Assembly: GCF_000497125.1 (NCBI RefSeq)
Contig: NC_090596.1
Coordinates: forward strand, 372,001 to 436,000
DNA: 64,000 bases
DNA from: Spironucleus salmonicida
Lineage: Eukaryota
Direction of reading: 5' to 3'
In this document: positions 12,952 to 25,164 of the stretch, piece after piece
Layout of the letters: every line of letters starts with the position of its first letter
How positions within the stretch are numbered: the first letter of the stretch is position 1
Notes under the pieces: generated by a model
The model's database searches: none
Seen by the model: the letters and a program-made list of their open reading frames with translations, nothing else
Told to the model about the DNA's origin: nothing
Made by a program: the position numbers and the translations under genes

Positions 12952-14294
12952 ATGAACAATTATAAAAATCACGTAATTTTTTAGCGGATTTTTAAGCTGA
13001 AGCCAAACACCAGAAATATTAACAATGAAGCTAATCGTATTTATATTAAGCAGTATAAATATTAAGTTCTCAACAACGATCGCAAAAAGCAGTAGCTAAT
13101 GGATATGGACATAATTTTCGATCATTTACCAATTTCGGGATACAAATTTGATCTAACTGACTACGAAAACATTGAAATATTCAGAAATACCGCAAATTAC
13201 ACGATGAACAAACTGGCGCCGTCTGAAAAGCTATATTCTATCCAGTACCTAGACTCGTTGACCGGCTGCCAGCACTACGTGCGAGGATGCGAAATCGAGT
13301 GCGTTACGTGTAAAAAGTTTTACATCTGCCGTTTTTGTCACAACGACAATGAGGATCATAACCTCCCACGCTTCGAAACCGAGCATTTCCGCTGCATTTT
13401 CTGTAAGTTCGTTCAGCTGCCTACTCAAACCTGTACGAACTGCAATATATAGTTTGGGAGTTATTTCTGTGCGAAATGTAAGCTTGTATGCGATATTGGA
13501 CCTGAGCCAAAGCCAAATTACCACTGTGACACCTGTGGCTGTTGTATGGTCGGCTTGTAGCAGTATAGCAAGCACTGCGATACCTGCGGGATGTGCTATA
13601 GCACTAAAGGATTTGTATCCCATAAATGCAGATCCGACATAGGTGAGTGTATAGTGTGCCTAGACCAGCTTAAACACAGCATTTTCGGGCATATCGAGCT
13701 GAAATGCGGTCACCTGATCCATAGCCACTGTCATGACGAATTATTATATCATATGGACTACAAGTGTCCAATTTGCAAGAAGTTTACTCCCTAGGGAGAG
13801 GAGCGTAGAGTCGTTTTGCGGGAGCAGCGGAAATTGTATAAAAGGGTTTTTTTCGGGCGGATAGCGGACTAGTAACTTGTCAGTGCAACGACTGCGGGCT
13901 GAAGTTTGTGAGCAAAAGCCATCCATACGGTCAATACTGCTACAAGTGCAGAATGTTCAATGTTGAGGAGCTGGTTGACGAAGGCACGGAGGAGGCATTC
14001 GTAGTGTATAAATAAAACTGCGATTTGCAGCCTCTCGATTTCGATTTAGAGTCAGTGATACGTTTTATAGGTGTTCTGACAAACAAAAACAGCTAAGAAG
14101 ACAAGTTGCGTTATTTTAGACGGAATTTAGGTGTTCCACTGAATGATGCTACAATTTTTATGATTGCGAGCCTAGCATCCAAAAAAATTTACTACACGAT
14201 CGATCAGCTGATGAAGGATTTTGGGACACTGTATTATTACGCGACCGATGGTGATATCATTGAAGAGGACTTTGAGCCAGATGAGTATGAGTGA
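12952..14294 (+). CDS. CHY zinc finger-RING-zinc ribbon E3 ligase (Pirh2/RCHY1-like), interrupted by a -1 frameshift at 13847-13853
   Basis: GCQHYVRGC...CRFCH CHY domain and RING CIVC..CGHLIHSHC..CPIC lie in one frame. The CNDC...CYKC ribbon and the terminal GAGTGA lie in the -1 frame. Confidence 0.85.
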
Positions 14295-14305
14295 GATATA
14301 TTAAG

Positions 14306-15130
14306 TCATTTCCTATTATGTTTTTTCATCATGTTCTAGGCTAGTGTTGACTTAGCTTCTATTTTATTATTCTTGTTCTTTCCTTAATGGTTGTTAGAAT
14401 CTTTAATAAACTTCTTGCTTTGCTTAGCCTATTTCTTCTTGCTTATATATTTCTTCAGCTATATTATCTCATTATCTACTTTAAGGGTTTTCATAAATAA
14501 ACGATCACCGTTTTCACGCTGCAATCTAGTATTAAATTCTACATAGATGAAACCTTTCAGTTTTCTATCTTAATAAATCATTTTTACATCAGCAATAAAA
14601 TTGTCCTTTTCAAATTTCTTAATTTAACCGTTAACTTTATCAAATATGTTTTATAAATTCATATGTCCCTTAACACCTCTAATGAAGCAAGTTTTTGTCT
14701 CATCAAGGTTCTTATCTTATCTTCTAACGTATATATCTCTTCCTTATATAGTCATTCCTCGCATTGAATGTATCATTTCATCAGTAACTTCTTGTTCAAA
14801 TTTTGCGAAAATAAGTTTATGGCCGTAGCTGTTGAACTTTCTAACTCTTTCTTTCTTGTCATATGCTAAATTGCCCCTTTCGTATACTATTGCAGATATA
14901 TTTAGTTTTTATTGTATTTGAGTTGCAATTTCTTGTTTTGTTGTATCAGGGTGAACATTTTAGAACATCATCTGGTTCGGTGCCCATTCGGTGTGTTGTT
15001 CCTTAATAGATTCAAGATATTATTTTATTGGTAACCTTTTCGGTTATTACTTCTTATTCGCTGTGAATTCTGTCTTAATTGAAGACTCTATAGGTTTGAA
15101 CGCTGTGAATGCATTTTATATGTCTGTCAT
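14306..15130 (-). CDS. RRM-domain protein, possibly Nop12/RBM34-like
   Basis: RNP1 KGFIYVEF, RNP2-like TCFIRGV and a Lys-rich C-terminus. Confidence 0.7.
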
Positions 15131-15203
15131 TTTAAAGTGGTAAATGAAGTGATAACAATAAATAATTAAATATATTTTAGTATTTTTATAAAAGTTAGTA
15201 AAA

Positions 15204-16127
15204 ATGGATACTAATAATGATGACGAATTGTTCTTCAATGATTTATTGACACAGCTTGATCCTGATGAAGTACTAAATTAAATTTTTTTATTACCATTAA
15301 AAGAATAGAAAATAAATCCTACCTAGGAGTATAATTAAAATTTTATCAAACTTAAAACAGATTTTAAGCAACTTTTAGATATGAAGAAAGATTTTGTTTT
15401 ATAGTCAAGAAATCCATTACATGATTATTCTGCTGATACGATAGCAGCTAATCTGACCCCTTAAATTACTTCATCAAATAATTCTAACAATTTACCAATA
15501 GCCTTATTTTCATCACGTAGTTCTCCAGTTTTTTCTACAGTTTCATCATATACTAGATTTGTACAGAATATTAATAATTATAATCCAATTTCACCACCTT
15601 CGTTCATATTACCAGAAACACAAATTAATGTTTCTCCAAATATTCTGCCTATAAAATTCAATAAAAACCCTCTTCTAGAATTTAAAAACTACACCATACC
15701 ACAACTTAAAATTGCTTGCTAATAATTTAATCATGGATATATTAGTTCAGAAAAAGCTATTTAGTTTCTATAAAATAACTATTAAAAAACAAACAAAATA
15801 CCATAAATTCAACTCACAACTTTTTAAATTATGACCCCCCAGCGAAAAAATGATTTAGAATTTAGATTATAAAAATCAATATTTGATAGTAAGTATTTTT
15901 AGTCTATAATTAGTTTCGTCCCAATAGATATAAGAAAATTACTAATTGAGATAAAGAAAAATGGAATTAATATAAGTTTATCATTTTTAACAGATTATCT
16001 TATTACTTAAGGTATATTATACTGTGATGGAGATCGGGAAATTGGTGAAATGGCAGAAAAAGTTAATAGTAAAATTTCCAAATAACTAACTTTGAGTTAA
16101 AATTTAAGGCGTAAAATTAGTAAATGA
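15204..16127 (+). CDS. SLX4-like structure-specific endonuclease scaffold (SAP + C-terminal CCD)
   Basis: SAP-like FKNYTIPQLKIACQQF; CCD-like YFQSIISFVPIDIRKL...NGINISLSFLTDYLITQGILY. Confidence 0.65.
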
Positions 16128-16132
16128 ATATT

Positions 16133-17611
16133 TCACTTTCTTTCTTCGTCAATAATACTACCACCAACTCTTAAAACCTAAGAAGCTAATTAAACTGCAC
16201 TTCTAATTGCTTCGCAACAAACATCTACTGGATCAACAATTCCTAACTCTTAAAAGCTACCAATTTCATTTTTTACTACATCATAAACTGCATTTAATCC
16301 CTAGTTCCTTAATTTTTCCTCTATATACAATCCACTAATTCCACTATTTTCACAAATTTTATATAACTATTTCTTCAAAACATCGCTGAGTATTTTTCGC
16401 ATCTTATTATCTGTTTTATTACCAGATGTTAACTCTAAAATATATGAACTTGCTTGTAATAAAGCACTACCTCCACCTGCTACAACACCTTTTTATGATG
16501 CTGCTCGGCAAGCACCAATAGCATCATCGAAGCGATCCCTACGTTCTCTTTAAGATATTTCACTTGCTCCACCAACTGTAATTTCTGCAATTTTTCCATT
16601 TAAACGGGAAATTCTGTCATTGATTTATGAAACCATAAATGGTGACGACTAATTCCTAAGTTCTTTTTAAACTGATTATTTCTGAGCAGATAATTAGGCC
16701 GACTCTTCAAAATTTATAAAAAATTGTCTATCATCGGTTGTAAATTTTTAACATTTTCCAATTGTTGCAAGTTAAGCATTTTTGATTGTTATAGGTTTTC
16801 CTTATGACATAAGTGATATATCTTATATATTAGTAGATTTTACATTACCAAAACCAGGTGAACGAACTGCTACACATTTAACTGCACTTTTAATATGGTT
16901 TGCAATTAAAAGAGAAAGAGCTTATCCTGTTACATCTGAAGCTATAACAACAAGAGGAGAATCATTTTATGATGCAGTTTCTAGTGCTTAAATTAGTTGA
17001 TCTGGTTATTCTAAAACTCCATCTACTGCGAAGATAATAGGATGATCGTACGTTATAGATTTCCCTTGATGATTGAGACAGAAATAAGGACTTAACCACC
17101 CAGATTCAAACCTTGCACCAGTAATGATTTTTAAAGAGTCTTCCGTACCATTTGTTACTTAAACTGACCCACAAATTTCATAAGCTTCAGAAATCATATT
17201 AGCTCCATCAATATCTCCATTAAGAGAAGTCAAAGCTACATTTTTTATTGATGAAACTTTATCAGCTATAGATTATAAAAAATCAATAGCATCATTTCCA
17301 GCCCGAATGAGCGCTTAGGATTCTTCATAATTTAATGCTTATAATTAAATAAGTTCATTAGCTAATAAAGTGGCCGTGGTAGTACCATCTCCTGCTTTTT
17401 ATTCAACATATTAGGATGCTTCTTTCAAAAGCTGTGCTCCTGGTGTTTATTTGTTATATGATCTAGCAACCGTTGCCCCATCTTTGGTGAGACGTGCAGG
17501 TTCACCTATATCAGGTCTAGATATAAGTATTGAACGACCACGAGGACCAAGAGTTGACGTAACCAAGTTGGCCAATTCTTGAGATTGTTTCTGAATGAGA
17601 GCTAAAGTCAT
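16133..17611 (-). CDS. cpn60: chaperonin 60 (GroEL-type, hydrogenosome/mitosome)
   Basis: TLGPRGR, TKDGATVA, AGDGTTTAT, GWLSPYF, SPGFG, DDAIGACRAA and GVVAGGG. In-frame upstream ATGs at 17689 and 17698. Confidence 0.95.
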
Positions 17612-17825
17612 TTGATGAAATGATTCTTTTCGTAATATTAATATTATACTATAAATATGGTATGTTATTTTGTATAATGAAAAATGCATTAATGACAAAA
17701 TAGTTTGTTTTAGTTTTTCAGTTCAAGTATACAATAAACTTTTACAAATTATCAAAAATCTTTTAGAAATATTAAATAAATAATAGAGTTTTTAAAATAC
17801 TCAAATTTAAAAGCAAGATAATAAA

Positions 17826-18758
<933 letters not shown>

Positions 18759-19212
18759 TTGTGAAGTGGGAAAGTTGATTTATTAAAATTAATGCGTATT
18801 ATATTTATTCTACTTCAATTATGTATACAATATTGTATACAAAATACATAATATAGTGATGTTTTATATATAGACTATAATCAAATATTTACAATTAACT
18901 TCATTGACTATTATATTCAATACTATGTTAATGGAATTTTAGAATTATTGTTAAGTATAACTGATAAAATAATTAACACTAACAAGTTATTTTACATTTT
19001 TTAGTGATAAGTAAACAATATAGTTAAACTTTTTGTTAAATCGTATATAGTTAATTTTGACAAAAAATTATTAATTATTATATATACTTGATTAATATGA
19101 AGATATTATATTTATAAATTAAACATCTATAGTTAATTTCAGTTTTTCATGTTAAACATAATATAATAATGATAATTCATAATAGTTTTGCATTTTCATA
19201 TTACTTAACCTT

Positions 19213-19728
19213 TCACTACAGTTGCTCAGGATTTCTATCCCATAGTAATGGTAGCGCCATCGGTTCTTGTTTCCCTTTTATTACTCTAAAAACCACAAAA
19301 CAAGCTGCCAAAACAAATACTACAAGGATACCACCTAATAAGGCCCAAATAGCAATAATATTTTTATTTTAGACTGGGCACACGCCAATTCGTTCTAAAT
19401 TTTTATTACATATTTCACAACTACCTACTTCATTCATTTTGTACCCCGCAACGCAGCTTGAACACTTACTGTTACCATAGCACAGAGCACAGTTTTTGGC
19501 TTCACCACAAAAACATGGTATTGACTACAACCCATTGCACTCTTTAAGAATTTATACATTAATTTCCAGACCGTTGACGAGCTCTTTTTGGACGTAGCAG
19601 TATGAGTTCAGTTTCTGCTGGTTGCAGTTTTACATGCACTGGAAATTAGTTGATAGAGTGTAGTTATGGTTGCATTTAATGCATGTTTGAGAATTATGAC
19701 ATGAATTGCAGGCTTCTGTACATATCAT
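19213..19728 (-). CDS. small cysteine-rich membrane protein (CRMP-like)
   Basis: CxxC repeats, C-terminal TM segment IIAIWALLGGILVVFVLAACFVVF, short tail and AGTGA end. Confidence 0.8.
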
Positions 19729-19820
19729 TTATATAATTTGTAGTGATTAGTAATAGTACAGTAAGAGTGAAATCTTAATTATTATTATATTATAAAAATA
19801 GAGAAATAGAAAAAAGTATA

Positions 19821-19985
19821 ATGGACAAAATATATAAATAAGGTACATATATATGTGATAATTAAAATTGCAAGAAGTTTAGCTATGCAAATACCAAAAT
19901 GGCTGAATGTGGAGTTTATCTCTGCCCTTTTTGTAGAGAAGAAACCCATGTTGATATTGGAACAATTGGATGGGTTTGCATCTGA
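19821..19985 (+). CDS. small zinc-ribbon-like protein (54 aa)
   Basis: MDKIYKQGTYICDNQNCKK...YLCPFCREE...WVCI*. Confidence 0.5.
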
Positions 19986-20221
19986 TTTGTTGTTTTATAA
20001 TATATTATATTATTAAATATTAACTGTTTTAGAATATATGTTTATAAATTTGTATCCAAAGTTTTTAATCTAATAGGAATCATTTTTGTTTTCTAGTTAT
20101 TGATTCAATTTTTAAAGTAATATTAATTAGTAAATAAATTCTTTTTTCTGAGATGACTAATAATAAATTTAATAAATATCAATGTTGTAAAAGGATTATA
20201 AAGTAATATTACAAACGAAAA

Positions 20222-21094
20222 TCATACTATTACTATTTTTTAACACTCTAATAGATTAAATGCCAATTAGTCTGACTTAGTGTTTCCATATGATTCAGGA
20301 TACTTTCCTGCGGATAAAAGTTAAATACAGCATAATACTTTTCCTGCTGCTCGATCAGCATGTGACTTTATTCCATTAATGGGGTTCATAAGAACTGGAG
20401 CACCATTATACAAGTGTTATGAGAATTTGCGGGTCTTTTAATTCCAAATAAAAGACCTAGCTGTTATCAATGTGGGATAGCTAAGCTTATATGCTAGTTT
20501 TGACACAACATAACATGGAGCCAAAATATCATGTGGTGTAAGTGTACCATCAATATCTGATAACGTAGGCAATTCTTTAAACTAAAAAATATAAAATTCA
20601 TAAACTTTATCTCTGCATATTAATTTTCCTAACGTTTTTTCTTAGCATAATTTCATCTATTAAATCTAAATTTATGAAAAACATGTTAATTACTTAAACC
20701 TATTCAATTTAGTAATTTTAGTTGTAACCTCAAAATTATTTTCAGAGAATTAACTAATTATTCCTGTTTTTTTACATTTAGTCTTAATTTTAGATTTGAG
20801 AAATTCAGGATCTAACGATACAAGATAGGAATTTTTAATGATATTTTAATTAAAAGAAGATGTTTAAGTATCTTGTTAAGCAGAGTATTCAAACTAGTCA
20901 GATAATTTTAAATATTTATCAGATAATGGGCTTATTATTTAATCCCCATCTACAAGATAAACAACATTATTGTTAATAATACATTAAAAATGAATATTAT
21001 TGACGACCATTTAACATTTATTGCTATTTTTCATAATGCTGATAATGGGAGTAACTGATGAGTTGACAATAATGACATCATTAATACCTGACAT
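20222..21094 (-). CDS. lipin/Pah1 phosphatidate phosphatase (compact)
   Basis: N-LIP-like MSGINDVIIV; HAD motif SDIDGTLT, plus ITARS and YGNTKSD. Confidence 0.85.
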
Positions 21095-21191
21095 TTTATT
21101 CAAGTAAGTATACTGATAATATAAATAGTTACATTATATTTATAATAAAAGTGAAATTATAAAAAGAATGTACAAAAATTACCGATAATAA

Positions 21192-21596
21192 TCACCAAAT
21201 TCCCATATTTTTCTGCTTTTTAAAAAGCTTATCCTGCAATCTATGTACAAAATCTATTTTAGTGCATAATCTAGCTGCCTTATCTGTGTAAATATGAACC
21301 AATAAACTTTAGTCTTTAATATTGTTAGTAAGCATTGTTATTTTACCTAATTATTCATAAGGATCAGATTCAGAATCAGAAAATATTAGTGATAAAGTAA
21401 TATCATCTTTAATATCATCAACTAATGAAACCTGTTTTTCTATAATAGATAAATCTTAGGCAAAGCTACTTAAGTTTTATCTTGCAGTTGATAATATTTT
21501 TTAACTTTTAATTGCGTAACTTTAATGATTTTGAGTATGTTACAATCCAAGAGGCAACAAAAGTAGAGGTAATTAATAAGCTGAAATTGTATTCAT
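21192..21596 (-). CDS. hypothetical protein (134 aa)
   Basis: Open ATG-TGA frame under code 6. Confidence 0.5.
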
Positions 21597-22137
21597 TATA
21601 AAATTATTAATCTTCATTATAATTCTAATATATTAGTATTATTCTTGAAAATAACCATTTGATTAATATATACAATAACCCAATATATCAGCTATATTCA
21701 ATAGATACTATTTCTTGATTATGATATATTAACAAATATTAAATATCAATAAAAGATAATATTTTCAACCTTTGAAAATTAGAATAATAACATTATATTT
21801 TTAGCCAAAAAATTTATTAAACTATATTGTACTCAAACTTTAAGTTCATTCCATATTATCATTATTCTAATGACTAAGTAAATATAACTACAAACTAAAA
21901 ATAAAATAAAATTACTATTTCAAGCAATTTTAACAATAATTTTAGCTATTAATCCAGAATAATTTAAAATATTATCCGATCAACTATCTAAGCGTTAGAA
22001 TAAATTTTCAACAATTATTCAAGATCTACGAAGTAATATGTGCAGCGATCAATTTTTTAAAATTACAATGGTTGTAAAATTTTATATTAATTTTAATATA
22101 AAATATACATTTCCATTCCTTTACACTTTCTTGCAAA

Positions 22138-22893
22138 ATGCATATTGGTATAATTTGTGCTATTGATCGTGAATTCGAAAAACTGAAGCAGTTTATTCAA
22201 ATATCCATGACATCTGATAATGTTTCGGCAAGAGAGTTCTTTACTGGAACCGCCCATGGTGTAAAAATCACCATTGTAAAATGTGGAATCGGCAAAGTAT
22301 CCTCTGCTATTACTGTTACTGCTTTACATTTAAATTTCAAGGTTGATAAGATTATTTTTGTAGGTTGCGCTGCTAGCGTAGACAAGTCCTTAAAGCTAGG
22401 TGATATAGTTGTAGGTGAGAGTGCCGTTTAGCATGACTTTGACGGTAGACCATTTGTAGAACAATGTGTTGTATTTGCTGTAGGGAAAAGCGAAATAGAA
22501 GCTGATAAAGACTTAGTCAAAGTATGCATGACTGCCAGCAAGAAATATGCAGCAGGTGATTATCTGAAACTTAAAGACTTAGAGGCCTTTAGTATCGAAA
22601 AACCAATAGTTGTAAGTGGGGTTATTGCTACAGGAGACTAATTTATAAAAAATAAAGAAGAAGTAGCATAAATAGCTTTGAAAGTGCCTAAAGCGTTAGC
22701 TGTTGAAATGGAAGGCGCTGCAGTAGCTTAAGCATGCTTCGAACTCAAAATACCTTATGGTTTAGTCAGAGTAATCAGCGATGGTGGGGATCATTTTGAT
22801 TTTGAAGAATTCGCCAATAAAATAGTTGGCGAGGTTACTTTTGGTATTATTATGGAAGTTTTAAGCGAGTTGGGTAAAAGCATTAAAGAGTGA
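22138..22893 (+). CDS. mtnN: 5'-methylthioadenosine/S-adenosylhomocysteine nucleosidase (bacterial Pfs type)
   Basis: IGIICA..E, GIGKV, GDIVV, QHD, GDQF, VEMEGAAVAQ and RVISD; ends in AGTGA. Confidence 0.93.
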
Positions 22894-23520
22894 TCAAAAT
22901 TTAAATGATTTTATCTCCTAATATTTCTATTTTATGTCTTATAGAATAACCTTAAAATATTGAACTTCATAAATTTGGAGAAAACAAAGAATCTCTGAGA
23001 GTTCAGGTAAGTTAGTCATCTAAAGTTCTAATAGTTGATAATATGATTTTTTATAAAGTAATTAATATCTACATAATGCAGTTTTAAAAGAAAGCGGGTT
23101 GTTTATCGCGTTAAATTAAATTAAATTAAGATGATTAATATAAGGAAGTACACGCAAATAATTGTTTGATATGTCTAATATTTTAATATTTTGCAGAGTT
23201 TTGATTTCTACTAAGGTTGTAAGTTTATTATATTGTAACTATAAGGTTTCTAATCTTTTTAAAACTAACATATTAATTATTTTAGATATATTAAGATTTT
23301 CTAAATGCAGAAATTATAAATTAGGAAATTTAGAGCAATCAAATGTTTTAATTGTTTCGGTACCGTTACCAATTATTTTTAACCCATAAATCATTGGTAT
23401 TTTGAAGATAGAATCAACTGAATATAATGTGAAAATATAATTTGGTTGACTTAGTTTTGTATCAATCGTTCTGAAAGATCTTACAATTCTGTTAGTAGTC
23501 CAAACATATACACATTCCAT
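22894..23520 (-). CDS. leucine-rich repeat protein (208 aa)
   Basis: LQFLHLENLNIS, LETLQLQYNKLT, IKILDISNNYLRVLP and NNPL. Confidence 0.8.
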
Positions 23521-23581
23521 TTTTAATATTAAATATTCTTATATATTGGCTTATATATTAATTTCGGAAATATAACATTTA

Positions 23582-25159
23582 ATGAGAACTAAAACACTTG
23601 ACTCATATTTAGAAAATGTCGTTAATCAAAAGAACCCATTTTAACTAAATACGTCATAAAAAATACCACCTAAATCAGCCCCCAGAGTTCCATCCCATCG
23701 AAAACCATTATATGAAAAGCCATAATTTCCATCATCTGAATATGAGTTATAGTAGAAGCTTAAAAAATAAAACAAAACTGTAAATGGATATCCATTTGAG
23801 TTTGAGAAAATGCAGTAATTTTTTGGGTTGGAAGCTAATCCTAAAACGCAACAACGCAAAGCTCGTCGACATAACTACGAGGTAGCCGACTCATTCTTTA
23901 TCACCTAAAATAATTAGAACCCTATATCATCAGTTTAAGTACAAGTTAAATCCACATTCCAGGTTAGTAATGAATAGTATGCGAAAAATCTTCGTGATTT
24001 AAAAGGTAAAATTAAATTTAATCCTGAAATTGCACATATAGAAGCAGATAGTTTAGAAAAGCGAAGAATAGCTGAAAAATCAGCAGTTCATTCTCTGCAT
24101 AACTTACATGAAGAAAATATGAATATAGATAGATAAAATGCAGCTATTGATTCTCTAACTACTGAAAATAAACTTTAGTTAGAATCACTTATAAATGTAT
24201 AAGCATCACTAGAAAAAAAGTATATATTGATTCACTAATAATTACTAGAATTTGAATAAAAATAATAATAATAATAAGATTTAAAAGACCTTTTTTATGC
24301 TTTAGAAGAAGCATTTCCAGGTCAAACTGCACTAAATATACTGTCGAAATTTGAATATTTGTAAGAATTAACTGAAAAGTAGTTTAATTCAACAATGACA
24401 TATCATGATTAGATTAAAATATCAGAAATGGATTCAGAAACCAACAAATTGTAGTTTATACAATAAAAATATATTAGTGATATGGAAGATAAATAATAAA
24501 TTTATGCATTAACGAATGAAATCACATAACTTTCAAAATAAAATTCCGAGAAAAATTAAGATGTCATCAAAGCTTAAGAAATATAATCTTAATATTTGCA
24601 ACTTTGTTAAAATATTACAACATTTTGGATTAAATATGGAAAACTTTTTGGCGGGGATCTTCCTTAGTTTATCACTCCATCAGTTAATAATCCTTTAGAG
24701 GTTTTAAGAGCCATGGATTCTATATTTACATGTGCATTTCCTGAATCAGCAAAAGCTTAGGATAATTTTAAGAAAATAAATGGTCATGCTACTCATGTTT
24801 GGTAAAAATTATTATCTTTAGACCCTGAGCAAGCATGTGCTAAATCAGATACTGTTGGTATGCTCTAAAAAGCACGTTATTTAGTAAGTTGCAGTGCTGC
24901 AGAAGAGAAAGAATTATTAGGTATGAAATAAAGACTTCAGATTTAAAAAGACAGTATGTTAGAAGATTTAAGCGAAAAATGGAAAGATATCAACTAAATA
25001 ATTTAATAAATCAGAACTATGGGTGAAAATAGTGAGATGAAGTGGGAATTTGCGCTGTATGCTAACGCATAAAGGGATATATAAAATAAAGAAATCAGCT
25101 AAATGTAGAAAAAGAAATCTGAAACTAAAGGCGTTGATTAGGATTTCTACGGTATTTGA
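23582..25159 (+). CDS. hypothetical coiled-coil protein (525 aa)
   Basis: Long open frame under code 6, rich in Q/E/K. Confidence 0.65.
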
Positions 25160-25164
25160 GTGAG

